Assembly: GCA_964016885.1 (NCBI GenBank)
Contig: OZ024745.1
Span: forward strand, 85,994,001 to 86,058,000
Direction: 5' to 3'
Length of the DNA: 64,000 nucleotides
DNA from: Eledone cirrhosa
Taxonomy: Eukaryota
Under the pieces are notes generated by a model that saw only the letters and a list, made by a program, of their open reading frames with translations, ran no database searches and was not told the DNA's origin. The translations under genes and the position numbers were made by a program. Below, in pieces: positions 1-15,104 of the stretch. Position 1 is the stretch's first letter; every line of letters starts with the position of its first letter.

Positions 1-215
1 TAAGCAAAGAATCGCTGCTTTCACTCTTAATGGGATCATCTGAAACTAACAAATTCAATCTGTAAACGCAGAAGTGGTTATTTCAAAAAACGTTGCAACC
101 GGAGGAAGACAGGAAGACTATACTTTGGTTCGTGGAAACGTTCGCTGGCAAAGAATGGGAAAAAACGAATATAATACGCGATTCTTTGCTTAAACTTTAA
201 TGTGTTATTTTAATA
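1..215. mobile_element. PLE pLTR family A, inverted pair (cut by window edge)
   Basis: 1-175 matches 3184-3360 and 18478-18650; 180-215 is the opposite-orientation end; abuts (AT)n. Confidence 0.75.
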
Positions 216-239
216 AATATATATATTATATATATATAT

Positions 240-1095
240 ATACCCATCAATTATATTAATCTATATTCTTTTCATAGATGTATTTTTTTCACTAACACTC
301 TTATCGCAAAACTTTAGTCTCCTTAGATATTTGCATTTGCATTACTATTTTATAACAGCAACTGCTTGTATACCTTTTACTGACCTGACCTATTTTCACC
401 CCTAAAATAAGCTTCAATTACTACTATTTTACCATTTGGCCAATTATTAACTTTCTATTGGTTAATTCTAAACCTCTTACCAAACAGACAGAATATATTA
501 GATCTTTGTTATATTAGATCAATGAACAAATAAAATTATTTCTGAGGTCAGCATACGACCTATTTTCTTCCCTAAAATAATCCTTCATTCATAATATTCT
601 TTTCCATCCAAAACTGAAATCTACCTTCCTCTACCCATAATTTAAGGTTCTTCTACTACTATATTACTATCTTGACCCTCACTATCTCTCTATTGGTCAA
701 TTCAAAACCTGTTCCCAAACAGACCTATTGTATTGAATCTTTGTTTTTTCAATAAACAAATATCATTATTTCTGAAGACAGCATATATATGTGTAGGTAT
801 GTATATACCCTCTGATATTTTGTATAAATATTGTACATAGATCTATAGAATATGCATACCAACTCTAACACATATATATCCTAGAAACGATCGTAAAATG
901 ATGATTTTTTTTAATATAAGGAACTGTCTCTTTGTTTATTCATTATTTTATTAATTTATCTTGACTCTGTTTTCCGTTTATTTTTCACCGAAAGTAGTTT
1001 TTGAATGCATCTTCTCTTTTCATGATATCCGGATTACATTCAGTTCTTCATACGGATTGGACACTACCGTAAACTTTTGGTAGATTTATCTACAT
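240..1095 (+). mobile_element. Diverged 3' end of the PLE family at 7582-15097
   Basis: ~700-1095 aligns with 14815-15097 and with the reverse complement of 7582-8000; ends ...tagatttatctac(at)n; imperfect internal duplication at 380-790. Confidence 0.7.
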
Positions 1096-1391
1096 ATATT
1101 GTATATATATATATATTATATGTTATATATATATATATTATATATATATATTACATATATTATATATATATATATTATATATATATACTATATATATTAT
1201 ATATATATTATATATATAATATATATATTATATATATATTATATATATATTATATATATATATATTATATATTATATATTATATATTATATATTATATAT
1301 TATATATTATATATATATATATTATATATTATATATTATATATAAATATTATATTTATATATTATATATATATTATATATTATATATATAT

Positions 1392-1422
<31 letters not shown>

Positions 1423-1600
1423 ATATATCATATATATATTATATATATATATATATATTATATATATATATTATATATATATATTATATATATATTTATA
1501 TTATATATATATATCATATATATATATATTATATATTATATACATATATATATATTATATATATATATATTATATATATATATAATATCTATAAATATAT

Positions 1601-1631
<31 letters not shown>

Positions 1632-1637
1632 ATTATA

Positions 1638-1675
<38 letters not shown>

Positions 1676-1729
1676 TATATAACATATATATATATAATAT
1701 ATATTTCACATATATATATATAATATATA

Positions 1730-1821
<92 letters not shown>

Positions 1822-1827
1822 TATATA
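1096..1827. repeat. Degenerate (AT)n microsatellite
   Basis: Direct observation. Confidence 0.98.
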
Positions 1828-3812
<1,985 letters not shown>

Positions 3813-3818
3813 TATTAT

Positions 3819-3880
<62 letters not shown>

Positions 3881-3885
<5 letters not shown>

Positions 3886-4810
3886 CTTCCTCGACATCCT
3901 CATTAAGATCCATGATAAAAAAAATAGAAACAGATATATACTACAAGCCCGCAGACTCCAAGCAATATCTTCCTTTCAACTCTTGCCATCCTAGACACGT
4001 TAAAATTAATATTCCCTACAACTTAGCCAAGAGAATCTGTACTATATTCTCCAATAAAAATACCTGCTACTTACGGCCTCAAGAACTAAAGGACACACTC
4101 ATAGGCAGGGACTACCCAGCATCACTAATTGACAATGGAATCCAACGTGCCCTAAAACTCAGTACCCAGAACCTTAGACACCCTAAAGTAAATCAACCGA
4201 AACTAAAAGCTCTTCCATACATTTCCACACACAACCCCCTCAACAATGAGGCCTTTGATACCATCCTCCAGAACATCCCTGTGTTGAAAAAGGACCATAG
4301 AATGAACCAAATCCTACGAACACACGATATCATAAAGAGCAAAAGACAATCTAAGTCAATGAAAAACATCCTAACACATGCCAAAGTACTGCCAACCACA
4401 ACAACGAAACCCACAGTAAAAAAATGCGATAGACCCAACTGTGGCATTTGCATCAACCTAATAGAGGGTTCGGAATTCTATTTCAAAGAAGGACAACGTT
4501 TTATAGTAAAACACAATTTCACATGTGCATCGGAAAATCTAATATATGTATTAACTTGCTCAGGTTGTCGAGAACAATACATAGGCCAGACCAAAAACAG
4601 CCTCCGCCAACGCATGACTGTCCATAGATCCCAAATTAAAATACGGGAATACAGGAAAATACCATTGATACGTGTGCCGCCCAAAATCATCCCAACTTCA
4701 GAATCTTTCCCCTCTACAAATTTAAAGATAATGCCACCCACACCCAGCGCATCAGCAAGGAATCTTACTTTATTAACAAATACGGACCCCGTCTAAACAC
4801 TTCTGCCTAA
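3881..4810 (+). pseudogene. 5'-truncated Neptune-type PLE ORF: RT thumb, Cys linker, GIY-YIG endonuclease
   Basis: PFLD, TDIYYKPADSKQYL, CDRPNCGIC and NLIYVLTCSGCREQYIGQT motifs; frameshifts near 3915 and 4668; homologous to 46627-47560. Confidence 0.92.
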
Positions 4811-5019
4811 GACGAACCCACAAAATACACACGTCAACATACATACCTACATCAGCACACATCTCTACCCACATATAAACACAATGACATACGTAAACAC
4901 ACATGTTCTATGGTGCAATACAAATATACACAAATTTGCATACCTTTTGATGTCTATAGACTTAAACGTGCCGACACACACACATACATAAACGCACACA
5001 TGCATTGCACACTGATGGG

Positions 5020-5360
5020 CACATACATTTTTGTGCACAGGTATTCCAATACGGCAAAGCCTAATGAATTCCCCTTGCAGTACGTGCAATCTGGACACAC
5101 TCCAGATACATATTGTACACAGGTATACAATTTCTGGACACACTCCAGATACATGTGTACAATTTGTGCACAAGTGTACAATTTGTGCACAGATATACAA
5201 TTTCTGGACACATTCCAGATACACATTTGTGCCCAGGTATTCCAATACGGCAAGGCCTTACAATCTGGACACACACCAGATACATATTTGTGCACAGGTA
5301 TTCCAATACGGCAAGGCCTAAGGGATCCCCCTTTCAGTACGTACAATCTGGACACACACA
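5020..5360 (+). repeat. Minisatellite in PLE 3'UTR
   Basis: Recurring ctggacacactccagatacat and tgtgcacaggtattccaatacggcaa modules. Confidence 0.85.
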
Positions 5361-5502
5361 CACACTCACACACACCTTGGTATTATGCCAATACTATATA
5401 TCATTTCACACCTTTTATTATTAAGGTTTTTGATGTTCTATCTTTTAACATGTTAAAATATCCCCCACTCACTTACAGACATATTCCTACTGAATTACTC
5501 TG

Positions 5503-5552
<50 letters not shown>

Positions 5553-5935
5553 ACACACACACTTGTCTTAATAGGCATTTGAACTGTCAACAGGCTGCGG
5601 TTCGTACACAGATCCCTGCTGACCATTATCACAACAACAAACACTTTACTACTACTACTACACACACACACACACACACACACATATTTGTTGTGAAAGA
5701 CTCATTTCTCAGTCAGCCGACACAAACCTACATTTGGCGCAAAATCAATTTTTTACATTCACATGACCTCTACCAACCAATCAAAATTGTTTTGACCACA
5801 AGAATTTTTGCAACACGAATTGGCGCAAAACTTATTTTAATAACGCTGGAGCCACTTTTTTAACATAAAAACAGGTAGAATTCCCAAAACTAATCAGATC
5901 AGAGCAAACATCACGGACGCTCTATCTCAAAATTA

Positions 5936-5971
5936 TTTTTGAAAAGCATTAGAAATGCGCAACCGGTAAAA
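5936..5971 (+). ncRNA. Minimal HHR-like motif (U3-A8 core, GCAA in place of GAAA)
   Basis: ttt TTGAAAA gcatt-aga-aatgc GCAA ccgg TA aaa; weak stem I. Confidence 0.5.
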
Positions 5972-6439
5972 CTTAAAAACCAAAACTGAATACTAACCAA
6001 TACAATTACTAATTCCCACTTATTCCTAATTAAACTATTTTTCACTGTGAACAATTTGTCAGCATTTTCTATTCAGTTTACCAATATATAATAACTTGTG
6101 TGTTACACCTCTATTCTTTTAAATATATATATATGTATTATATATATATATATATATATATTATATTTATATATATTATATATTTTATATATATATTATA
6201 TATATATATATATTATATATTATATATATATATATATAATATATATATATATATTATATAAATATATTATATATATATTATATATATATTATATATATAT
6301 ATTATATATATATATATTATATATATAAATATATATTATATATATATATAATATATATGTATATATGATATATATTTATATATATTATATATATAAATAT
6401 ATATTATATATATAATATATATATATATATGATATATAT

Positions 6440-6725
6440 TTCGTTTCTGTATTTGTTTAGCAAACAAAGAAAAGAATCCGTAGTCACTGAAGATGTCACA
6501 GAATGTGTGACGAATGAAATTTGACAATATATAAACAATCATCTGGTTGTGGAACCAGCCAACCAACCGGAAATTTATAAATTCCTAAATTATAATAAAT
6601 TGAAGTGAAAGCAACTGGTGCGTGTGTCTGTTATTGGCAACATGACCCTCCGAAAGTATAAGAATATCGGTTTCAACACACGTCTTCAGATAAAAATTCT
6701 TGCTAAACAAATTCAAAAATGAAAT
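6440..6725. mobile_element. Short PLE-like terminal fragment (family M)
   Basis: Shares sequence with 44734-44885 and 35185-35240; ends are inverted relative to each other. Confidence 0.55.
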
Positions 6726-6726
6726 A

Positions 6727-6850
<124 letters not shown>

Positions 6851-6893
6851 TATATATATATATTATATATATATATATTATATATATATATAC

Positions 6894-6980
<87 letters not shown>

Positions 6981-6983
<3 letters not shown>

Positions 6984-7394
6984 GGAGGTGAGTTTTATTG
7001 TAGTACAATAAAGCAATGCAGATATCGGATAAGAAACACTCTACAGTTTGTGGGACTGGAGTTTGCATAATATAAGATCAAAAGATGGTTAAAGGAGTTC
7101 CATATATTTTATTATGCGCATTTCAAAAACAAACATCATCAAGCAATAATATTTGTGTTTTATCAGATAAAACAGGAGAACATGATATGAAGGCTAAAAA
7201 ACACTTGTTGATAGTGCAGTTTTAAATCAACATATCAATGTTGATTTAAAACTGCACTATCAACAAGTGTTTTTTAGCCTTCATATCATGTTCTCCTGTT
7301 TTATCTGATAAAACACAAATATTATTGCTTGATGATGTTTGTTTTTGAAATGCGCATAATAAAATATATGGAACTCCTTTAACCATCTTTTGAT

Positions 7395-7400
<6 letters not shown>
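6981..7400. mobile_element. PLE pLTR family B, head-to-head hairpin
   Basis: ~160-bp perfect inverted repeat centred near 7235; HHR with mutated core CTGATAA at 7299-7364. Confidence 0.8.
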
Positions 7401-7478
<78 letters not shown>

Positions 7479-7501
7479 ATTATTTCTATATATATATATA
7501 T

Positions 7502-7581
<80 letters not shown>

Positions 7582-7585
<4 letters not shown>

Positions 7586-8561
7586 GATAAATCTACCAAG
7601 AGTTTACGGTAGTGTCCAATCCGTATGAAGAACTCAATGTATTCCGGATATCATGGAAAGAAGAGATGTAATGAAAAATCACTTTCGGTGAAAGATAAAC
7701 GGTATACAGAGTCAAGATAAAATATTAAACAAATAATGAATAAACAATGAAACAGTTCCTTATATTAAACAAAAAAAGTTCATTATTTAACGATCGTTTC
7801 TAGGATATATATGTGTTAGAATTGGCATGCATATTCAACAGATCTATGTACAAAATTATACAAAATTATACAAACTATCAAGATTAAATATACATACCAA
7901 CACATATATACGCCGTCTTCAGAAATAATGAAATATATTTATTGATAATAACAACAATTCAAAATTTCAGGTCCGTTTGGGAACAAAATTGACCAATGAA
8001 AATACAAAAGGTTTAATGCAGTTCGGTGTGTGTATATACATGTAACTACCCTTACACATATTTTACAAAAATGTATGCACAACTTGTATACGCATACCAA
8101 AAGGATGGATGCAAATACAAAATTTCAAGGTTAATGTCTCTGTAAGTTTATAATACACAGATAAGATGCGTATAGACACATAAATATGAAATAAGTGTAT
8201 ATACATATTCTCATACTCACACATATCCGTACAATCACACACACACGCGCGTATATGCATAAACATACACATAACTACGAACATACAAACACACACACAC
8301 ACCCCCACTCACATATATATATGTGGATATAAAATCCTAAGCACATGGATATTAATTCACTCACATAAACACTGGCACACACATTTAGATCAAGATACAG
8401 AAATTAGGTGGGAGGGGGGGAGAGGTCAGTATTCAACGGTTTGGGCAGACTGCTTAATATAGATGTATCTATAAACTAAGAAAATAAAAAATAATAAATA
8501 ATAAATAAACATTAAAAAGGAAAGAAAAGAAAAAGAAAAAAGAAAAAAGAAATATATCAAG

Positions 8562-8609
<48 letters not shown>

Positions 8610-8755
8610 CACATATATACACACATATATATATATACACATATACAAACACATACATACATATACACACATCCACACTTAGAACATACATACACACACA
8701 TATATAAACATATACATATACACACATACATACGTATACACACATACATATAAAT

Positions 8756-8820
<65 letters not shown>

Positions 8821-9101
8821 CATACACATATAATCACACATACTATATAGACACACATATATATACACACACATACACACACATATACATACACTTACAT
8901 ATTTATATACATACAGATATACACATACATACCTATATATACACACAAATACATACAGACATACATACATACATACAGACAAATACTTACGCATCTATAT
9001 ATCGGTATATACATACAAACACCACTACACTCTCACACAACTCAGACATACAAAGAAAAAGGTATATACCTATACACATATACATATACAAATAGAGAAA
9101 C

Positions 9102-9132
<31 letters not shown>

Positions 9133-12100
9133 GTGGTAAAATAACGTGTTTTCTTATTTGTGGGATGACTCTATCCAAAATTTTTTTGCTAATTATTCCA
9201 ATATCTGATTTGGAGGGACATATAAGTCTAATAGAAGGATTTGAGTTAAAGTTTGATTTATGATCCTTCAGGTTGAATAATTAGCAAAAAAATTTTGGAT
9301 AGAGTCATCCCACAAATAAGAAAACACGTTATTTTACCACTCTGGGAAAACACCTCCCAGGTAATTAACTGGTTTAAAAATATTAGATGTAAATCTTCTG
9401 CTTCATTTCTACAATTTGATATAGATAATTACTATTCTTCTATATCACCTATACTCCTGAACAAAGCATTGATATTTGCTAAAAATAGATCTAACTTAAC
9501 TTTGGATGACATTAATATTATTACACATGCTAGACTAACACTTATTGAATTTCAGAATGAATACTGGACCAGAAACACATATAGTAATCTATTTGATATT
9601 ACTATGGGTTCAAGCGATTCCGCCCAAATTACTGATCTTGTGGGCCTCTTTCTCCTTTTCAACATAAATGCCTCCTTTCCCCACCTCAAAGGTGGTTTAT
9701 ATCGTGATGACTGTCTTCTTCTTTCTAACAACCTTAGCCTTTCAGAAATTGAAAAAAACAAAAAACATATTAGAACTTTCCTTAAAGACTATTATAATCT
9801 TAATATTACTTTTGAAAAAACAAGTAAAGTAGTAAATTTCCTAGATATAACTTTAGATTTAGCTACGAGTATCTACCAACCTTACCATAAACCAAACCAA
9901 AACTTACATTACATACACTCACAATCTAATCACCCTAAATCTATCCTTAAAAACCTTGCATATAATATATCACTTAGAATGTCTAACCTTTCTTCTAACC
10001 AAGATGTATTTGATAAAAATGCGACCTTCTATAACGAAGCTCTAGATAGAAGTGGCCACAAAAATAGATTAGAATATATACCTTCTACTAAAAATACTGA
10101 AAGCATACAACCTAATATTACCAACAAACACCAAATGAAAAGTACACACCTAAATGCCACCCACACTATACCCCAAAATACCAAATCTTCTAATATAAAG
10201 TATAGTAACTCTCAAAAAACTACTCATCATACAACTCTAATAAATATTAATAATAAAACTCCTAATAAAAAGGATAAAACACCTAAATCTACAAATATAA
10301 CTAAAAATGGTTGTGGTGAGATCATTAACATTAATCCTCCTAGTAAAAATCACGATACAACCTATAAAAATAATAAAAATAATAAACAACATAGAAACCG
10401 TAATAGACGGGTTACTTGGTATAATGCTCCATTTAATTTACAAATTAAGGATAATATTGCTAAAAAATTTTTTTATATCCTAGAGAAAAACTTCCCACCA
10501 AACCACAAATACCATCAAATCTTAAATAGGTCTACAGTTAAATTCTCATACTCTACAACAAATAACATAAAACAAAATATAAGTGCCTATAATGCATATA
10601 AATGTAAGAAAACCATAAGTATACCACCAGTACATCAAATTAACCATAATATCTCCTCAAATACAGAATTAACGAAAGGTTGTAACTGTAGAAACAAAGC
10701 AAACTGCCCATTAAAAGGGAATTGTCTTGTTAACAACATAGTCTATAAATGTAATGTTAAAACTAAAGATTCTATTTGCTCATATATAGGAGCTACCTCT
10801 AACAATTTTAAGACAAGGTTTAATACCCACAAGCATAGTTTTAAAAATGCCGCACTGGCTAATACAACATCTCTAGCAGAAAAAATCAATAGTTATAAAA
10901 ATAAGAATATAGAATATGATTTGACCTGGAGTGTGCTCAAAAGAGCCACCCCTTATCAAAATAATAGAAATGAATGTAGATTATGTTCCCAAGAACTATT
11001 TGAAATAATGAAATCTAAGGATATCCTATTAAATAAACGACAGGAATTAATTATATCGTGTAATCATAAACTAAAAAAAACATTTAAATATTATAAACCT
11101 AATTAATAACATTATTTTAGAAATTAATTTAATTTAAATGTTAGTTAACCTATAAATTTAATTTAATTAAAATTCTATTACAGATGAGAATATAAAATAT
11201 TATGTAATCATAAATTGTGAAAAACCTTTAAATATTACTAATATATACTTAGTAATTTAATTTATAGATTAATTTTAATTTATTTAAACCTTTTATTATA
11301 ATTCTTTTACAGATAAAATATAACAAAATATCGTGTATCCAATGACAGAGAAATAATTTTTAGTATTATAGACCTAATTAATATACATTTTAGAAATATA
11401 TTTATAATTTGGTTTTAATTTTAGTCAACCTAAAAATTTAATTTAATTGGCTTAAAATTAGTATCCTTATACAGACGAATTGCAGAATGTCATGTAATCA
11501 TAGAATGGGATGTGTTTTGGATATATACACCTAGTTAATATATTCTTTGCAATTTTTGAAAAAATATGTATATGTATATGTGTATGTGTATGTGTATGTG
11601 TGTGTATATGTGTATATATGTATATATATATGTATATATATGTATATATATATGTGTATGTATATGTATATGTATATGTATTAATTTTGATTTCTATTTG
11701 CATATAATTATATTCTGCTATTGATAAAATACAATATCTGTTTTATTTATTATATACCTAATTAACATATACTATAGAAATAAATATATAATTTTTAATT
11801 TAGTTAACCTATAATTTATATTCTACTACCGATGTAATACTTTATTTGTTTTTTCCCTATTACTAAATTCATTTCCTAATATTGATACCATAACGTTATT
11901 AACTTTAATTTAGTTATACTATAATTAATACTCTACTACTATTTAACTTCAAAATTCTGCTATCAAATATTATAAACCTAACTAATTTACACCTTAGAAA
12001 TCATATGTTAACTATCTTTAGTTTAGTTAACATATAATTATTGGTATACTTATTTATTTTGAAATGCATAAATTTTGCCTTATTTCTTGTTTATTGTATT

Positions 12101-12436
12101 TCCTAACACTGAAACTATGTAAAAACATACATTGGATCCAGATACGGATAATATTCTATGTTTCTTGAAACATATATTTACTATAATCCCCTTCTCCAAC
12201 CCCCCCCCCTTCCCCCATACTATTATCATCTGTGTTTGTAAGCGTGTATGTATGAATATATATGTAGGTAGGTGTATATATGTTTGGGTATTTATATCTG
12301 AATATAAAAATACATATATGCGCATGCAAATAAGAATGTAAGATTGTGTGTGTATATATATGTGTGTATGTATGTGTATATGTGTATATATGCATGTGTA
12401 TATATATGTGTATGTGTATGTGTGTATGTGTATATA

Positions 12437-12497
<61 letters not shown>

Positions 12498-12752
12498 ATG
12501 TATGTATGTATGTATATGTGTGAGTGTATATATATGTATGTCTCTCTATTTATATGTCTATCTTCGTATCTATGTGGATATATGTGTGTGTGTGCATGTA
12601 TACACTTATATGTGTTTATGTGTATATGTGTGTATGTGTATATATGTGTGTGTGCACACACATATATATGTGAGTGTGTATATGTGTGTGTGTATATGTA
12701 TGTGTATATATATATATATATATATCTATGTGTGTATATGTGTCTATATTCG

Positions 12753-12803
<51 letters not shown>

Positions 12804-13383
12804 TATTTATTAATTATTATAATATAACTTATGTGTATGTTGTGTATATGTGAGGGTGTGTATGTGTATATATATGTGTATATATATGTGTAAAAAAAAT
12901 ATATATGTGCATGTCTGTTTTTTACGTGTGTGTATATATATATATGTGTATATATATGTATATGTGTGTGTTTGTATGTGTATTTATGGTTGTATGTGTG
13001 TGTGTGTATATATATATAAGTGTATGTGTATATATATATATATATATATATGTGTATATATATCTCTATTAATGCGTGTATATATGTATATGTATATGCC
13101 TTTTTCTTTGTATGTCTGAGTTGGGTGAGGGTGTAGTGGTGTTTCTATGTATATACGCATATATGAATGCGTATGTATTTGTATATATGAGTATATGTAA
13201 GTGCGTATGTATGTATGAATATATATCTAATTCTATGTATGAGTATATATGTGTGTATGTATGTTGTGGTGTGTATGTATGTATATGTCTATGTGTGTAT
13301 ATATATATGTATGTATGTGTGTGTATGTATCTATGTATGTGTATGTATGTACATATATGTCTATGTATGTGTGTATGTATATG

Positions 13384-13430
<47 letters not shown>

Positions 13431-13626
13431 TTATTTTTTATATATATGTGTGTGTGTGTATGTGTGTGTGTGTGTGTATATATATCTTTATATATGTGTA
13501 TGTGTATGTTCGTGTAGGTGTATGTGTGTATGACTATATATGTATGTGTGTATGTGTGTATGTGTATATATATCTATGTGTGTGTACATGTATGTATGTG
13601 TGTGTATGTGTATGTGTGTATATGTG

Positions 13627-13695
<69 letters not shown>

Positions 13696-13999
13696 ATATA
13701 TATATATATATATATGTATATGTTTCTCTATTTGTATATGTATATGTGTATAGGTATATACCTTTTTCTTTGTATGTCTGAGTTGTGTGAGAGTGTAGTG
13801 GTGTTTGTATGTATATACCGATATATAGATGCGTAAGTATTTGTCTGTATGTATGTATGTATGTCTGTATGTATTTGTGTGTATATATAGGTATGTATGT
13901 GTATATCTGTATGTATATAAGTATGTAAGTGTATGTATATGTGTGTGTATGTGTGTATATATATGTGTGTCTATATAGTATGTGTGATTATATGTGTAT

Positions 14000-14069
<70 letters not shown>

Positions 14070-14215
14070 ATTTATATGTATGTGTGTATATGTATGTATG
14101 TGTGTATATGTATATGTTTATATATGTGTGTGTATGTATGTTCTAAGTGTGGATGTGTGTATATGTATGTATGTGTTTGTATATGTGTATATATATATAT
14201 GTGTGTATATATGTG

Positions 14216-14255
<40 letters not shown>

Positions 14256-15097
14256 CTTGATATATTTCTTTTTTCTTTTTTCTTTTTTTTTCTTTCCTTT
14301 TTAATGTTTATTTATTATTTATTATTTTTTATTTTCTTAGTTTATAGATACATCTATATTAAGCAGTCTGCCCAAACCGTTGAATACTGACCTCTCCCCC
14401 CCTCCCACCTAATTTCTGTATCTTGATCTAAATGTGTGTGCCAGTGTTTATGTGAGTGAATTAATATCCATGTGCTTAGGATTTTATATCCACATATATA
14501 TATGTGAGTGGGGGTGTGTGTGTGTGTTTGTATGTTCGTAGTTATGTGTATGTTTATGCATATACGCGCGTGTGTGTGTGATTGTACGGATATGTGTGAG
14601 TATGAGAATATGTATATACACTTATTTCATATTTATGTGTCTATACGCATCTTATCTGTGCATTATAAACTTACAGAGACATTAACCTTGAAATTTTGTA
14701 TTTGCATCCATCCTTTTGGTATGCGTATACAAGTTGTGCATACATTTTTGTAAAATATGTGTAAGGGTAGTTACATGTATATACACACACCGAACTGCAT
14801 TAAACCTTTTGTATTTTCATTGGTCAATTTTGTTCCCAAACGGACCTGAAATTTTGAATTGTTGTTATTATCAATAAATATATTTCATTATTTCTGAAGA
14901 CGGCGTATATATGTGTTGGTATGTATATTTAATCTTGATAGTTTGTATAATTTTGTATAATTTTGTACATAGATCTGTTGAATATGCATGCCAATTCTAA
15001 CACATATATATCCTAGAAACGATCGTTAAATAATGAACTTTTTTTGTTTAATATAAGGAACTGTTTCATTGTTTATTCATTATTTGTTTAATATTTT
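7582..15097 (+). mobile_element. PLE 2 (GGLYRDD/CxCx5C type) with ~4-kb microsatellite-rich 3'UTR, preceded by an inverted copy of its 3' end
   Basis: ~7740-9125 is the near-identical reverse complement of ~13700-15097; ORF at 9295-11106. Confidence 0.85.
9295..11106 (+). CDS. PLE reverse transcriptase plus C-terminal GIY-YIG endonuclease (5'-truncated, otherwise open; tentatively Hydra clade)
   Basis: QFDIDNYYSSI, ITMGSSDSAQITDLVG, GGLYRDDCL, NFLDITLDL, CNCRNKANCPL, IVY..YIGAT..FKTRFNTH, CRLC. Confidence 0.93.
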   Translation: MDRVIPQIRKHVILPLWENTSQVINWFKNIRCKSSASFLQFDIDNYYSSISPILLNKALIFAKNRSNLTLDDINIITHARLTLIEFQNEYWTRNTYSNLFDITMGSSDSAQITDLVGLFLLFNINASFPHLKGGLYRDDCLLLSNNLSLSEIEKNKKHIRTFLKDYYNLNITFEKTSKVVNFLDITLDLATSIYQPYHKPNQNLHYIHSQSNHPKSILKNLAYNISLRMSNLSSNQDVFDKNATFYNEALDRSGHKNRLEYIPSTKNTESIQPNITNKHQMKSTHLNATHTIPQNTKSSNIKYSNSQKTTHHTTLININNKTPNKKDKTPKSTNITKNGCGEIININPPSKNHDTTYKNNKNNKQHRNRNRRVTWYNAPFNLQIKDNIAKKFFYILEKNFPPNHKYHQILNRSTVKFSYSTTNNIKQNISAYNAYKCKKTISIPPVHQINHNISSNTELTKGCNCRNKANCPLKGNCLVNNIVYKCNVKTKDSICSYIGATSNNFKTRFNTHKHSFKNAALANTTSLAEKINSYKNKNIEYDLTWSVLKRATPYQNNRNECRLCSQELFEIMKSKDILLNKRQELIISCNHKLKKTFKYYKPN

Positions 15098-15104
15098 ATA
15101 TATA

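Larger units (their letters stand above)
3881..6128 (+). mobile_element. Neptune-type PLE 1 (ORF remnant, 3'UTR, pLTR) inserted in (AT)n
   Basis: ORF followed by a 1.3-kb UTR; terminal ~240 bp recurs as a solo inverted pair at 22910-23290. Confidence 0.85.

Noticed and set aside
972-1056. Antisense HHR-like reading tccgt ATGAAGA actgaa..ttcggt GAAA aataa acgga
   Set aside because: A3-G8 mismatch, no stem III or UH triplet, and antisense to the element
5020-5360. CRISPR-like array
   Set aside because: No unique spacers or cas genes; eukaryotic retroelement context
4910-5863. 317-aa ORF after PLE 1
   Set aside because: Arises from the minisatellite and (CA)n; no recognisable domain
6483-6525. 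gtca CTGAAGA tgtcaca..tgtgac GAATGAAATT tgac
   Set aside because: Stems I and II pair but the GAAA/stem III geometry is not satisfiable; at most a degenerate HHR
6664-6695. CTGAAGA..GAAAccga on the - strand
   Set aside because: Stems I and II do not pair
6981-7400. MITE or DNA-transposon interpretation of the inverted repeats
   Set aside because: Arms are unequal with variable inversion points, carry HHR motifs, and in several families match the termini of RT-coding PLEs
9295-11106. Selenoprotein-type Naiad PLE or telomerase
   Set aside because: The endonuclease is C-terminal, there are no in-frame TGA codons, and TERT-specific motifs are absent
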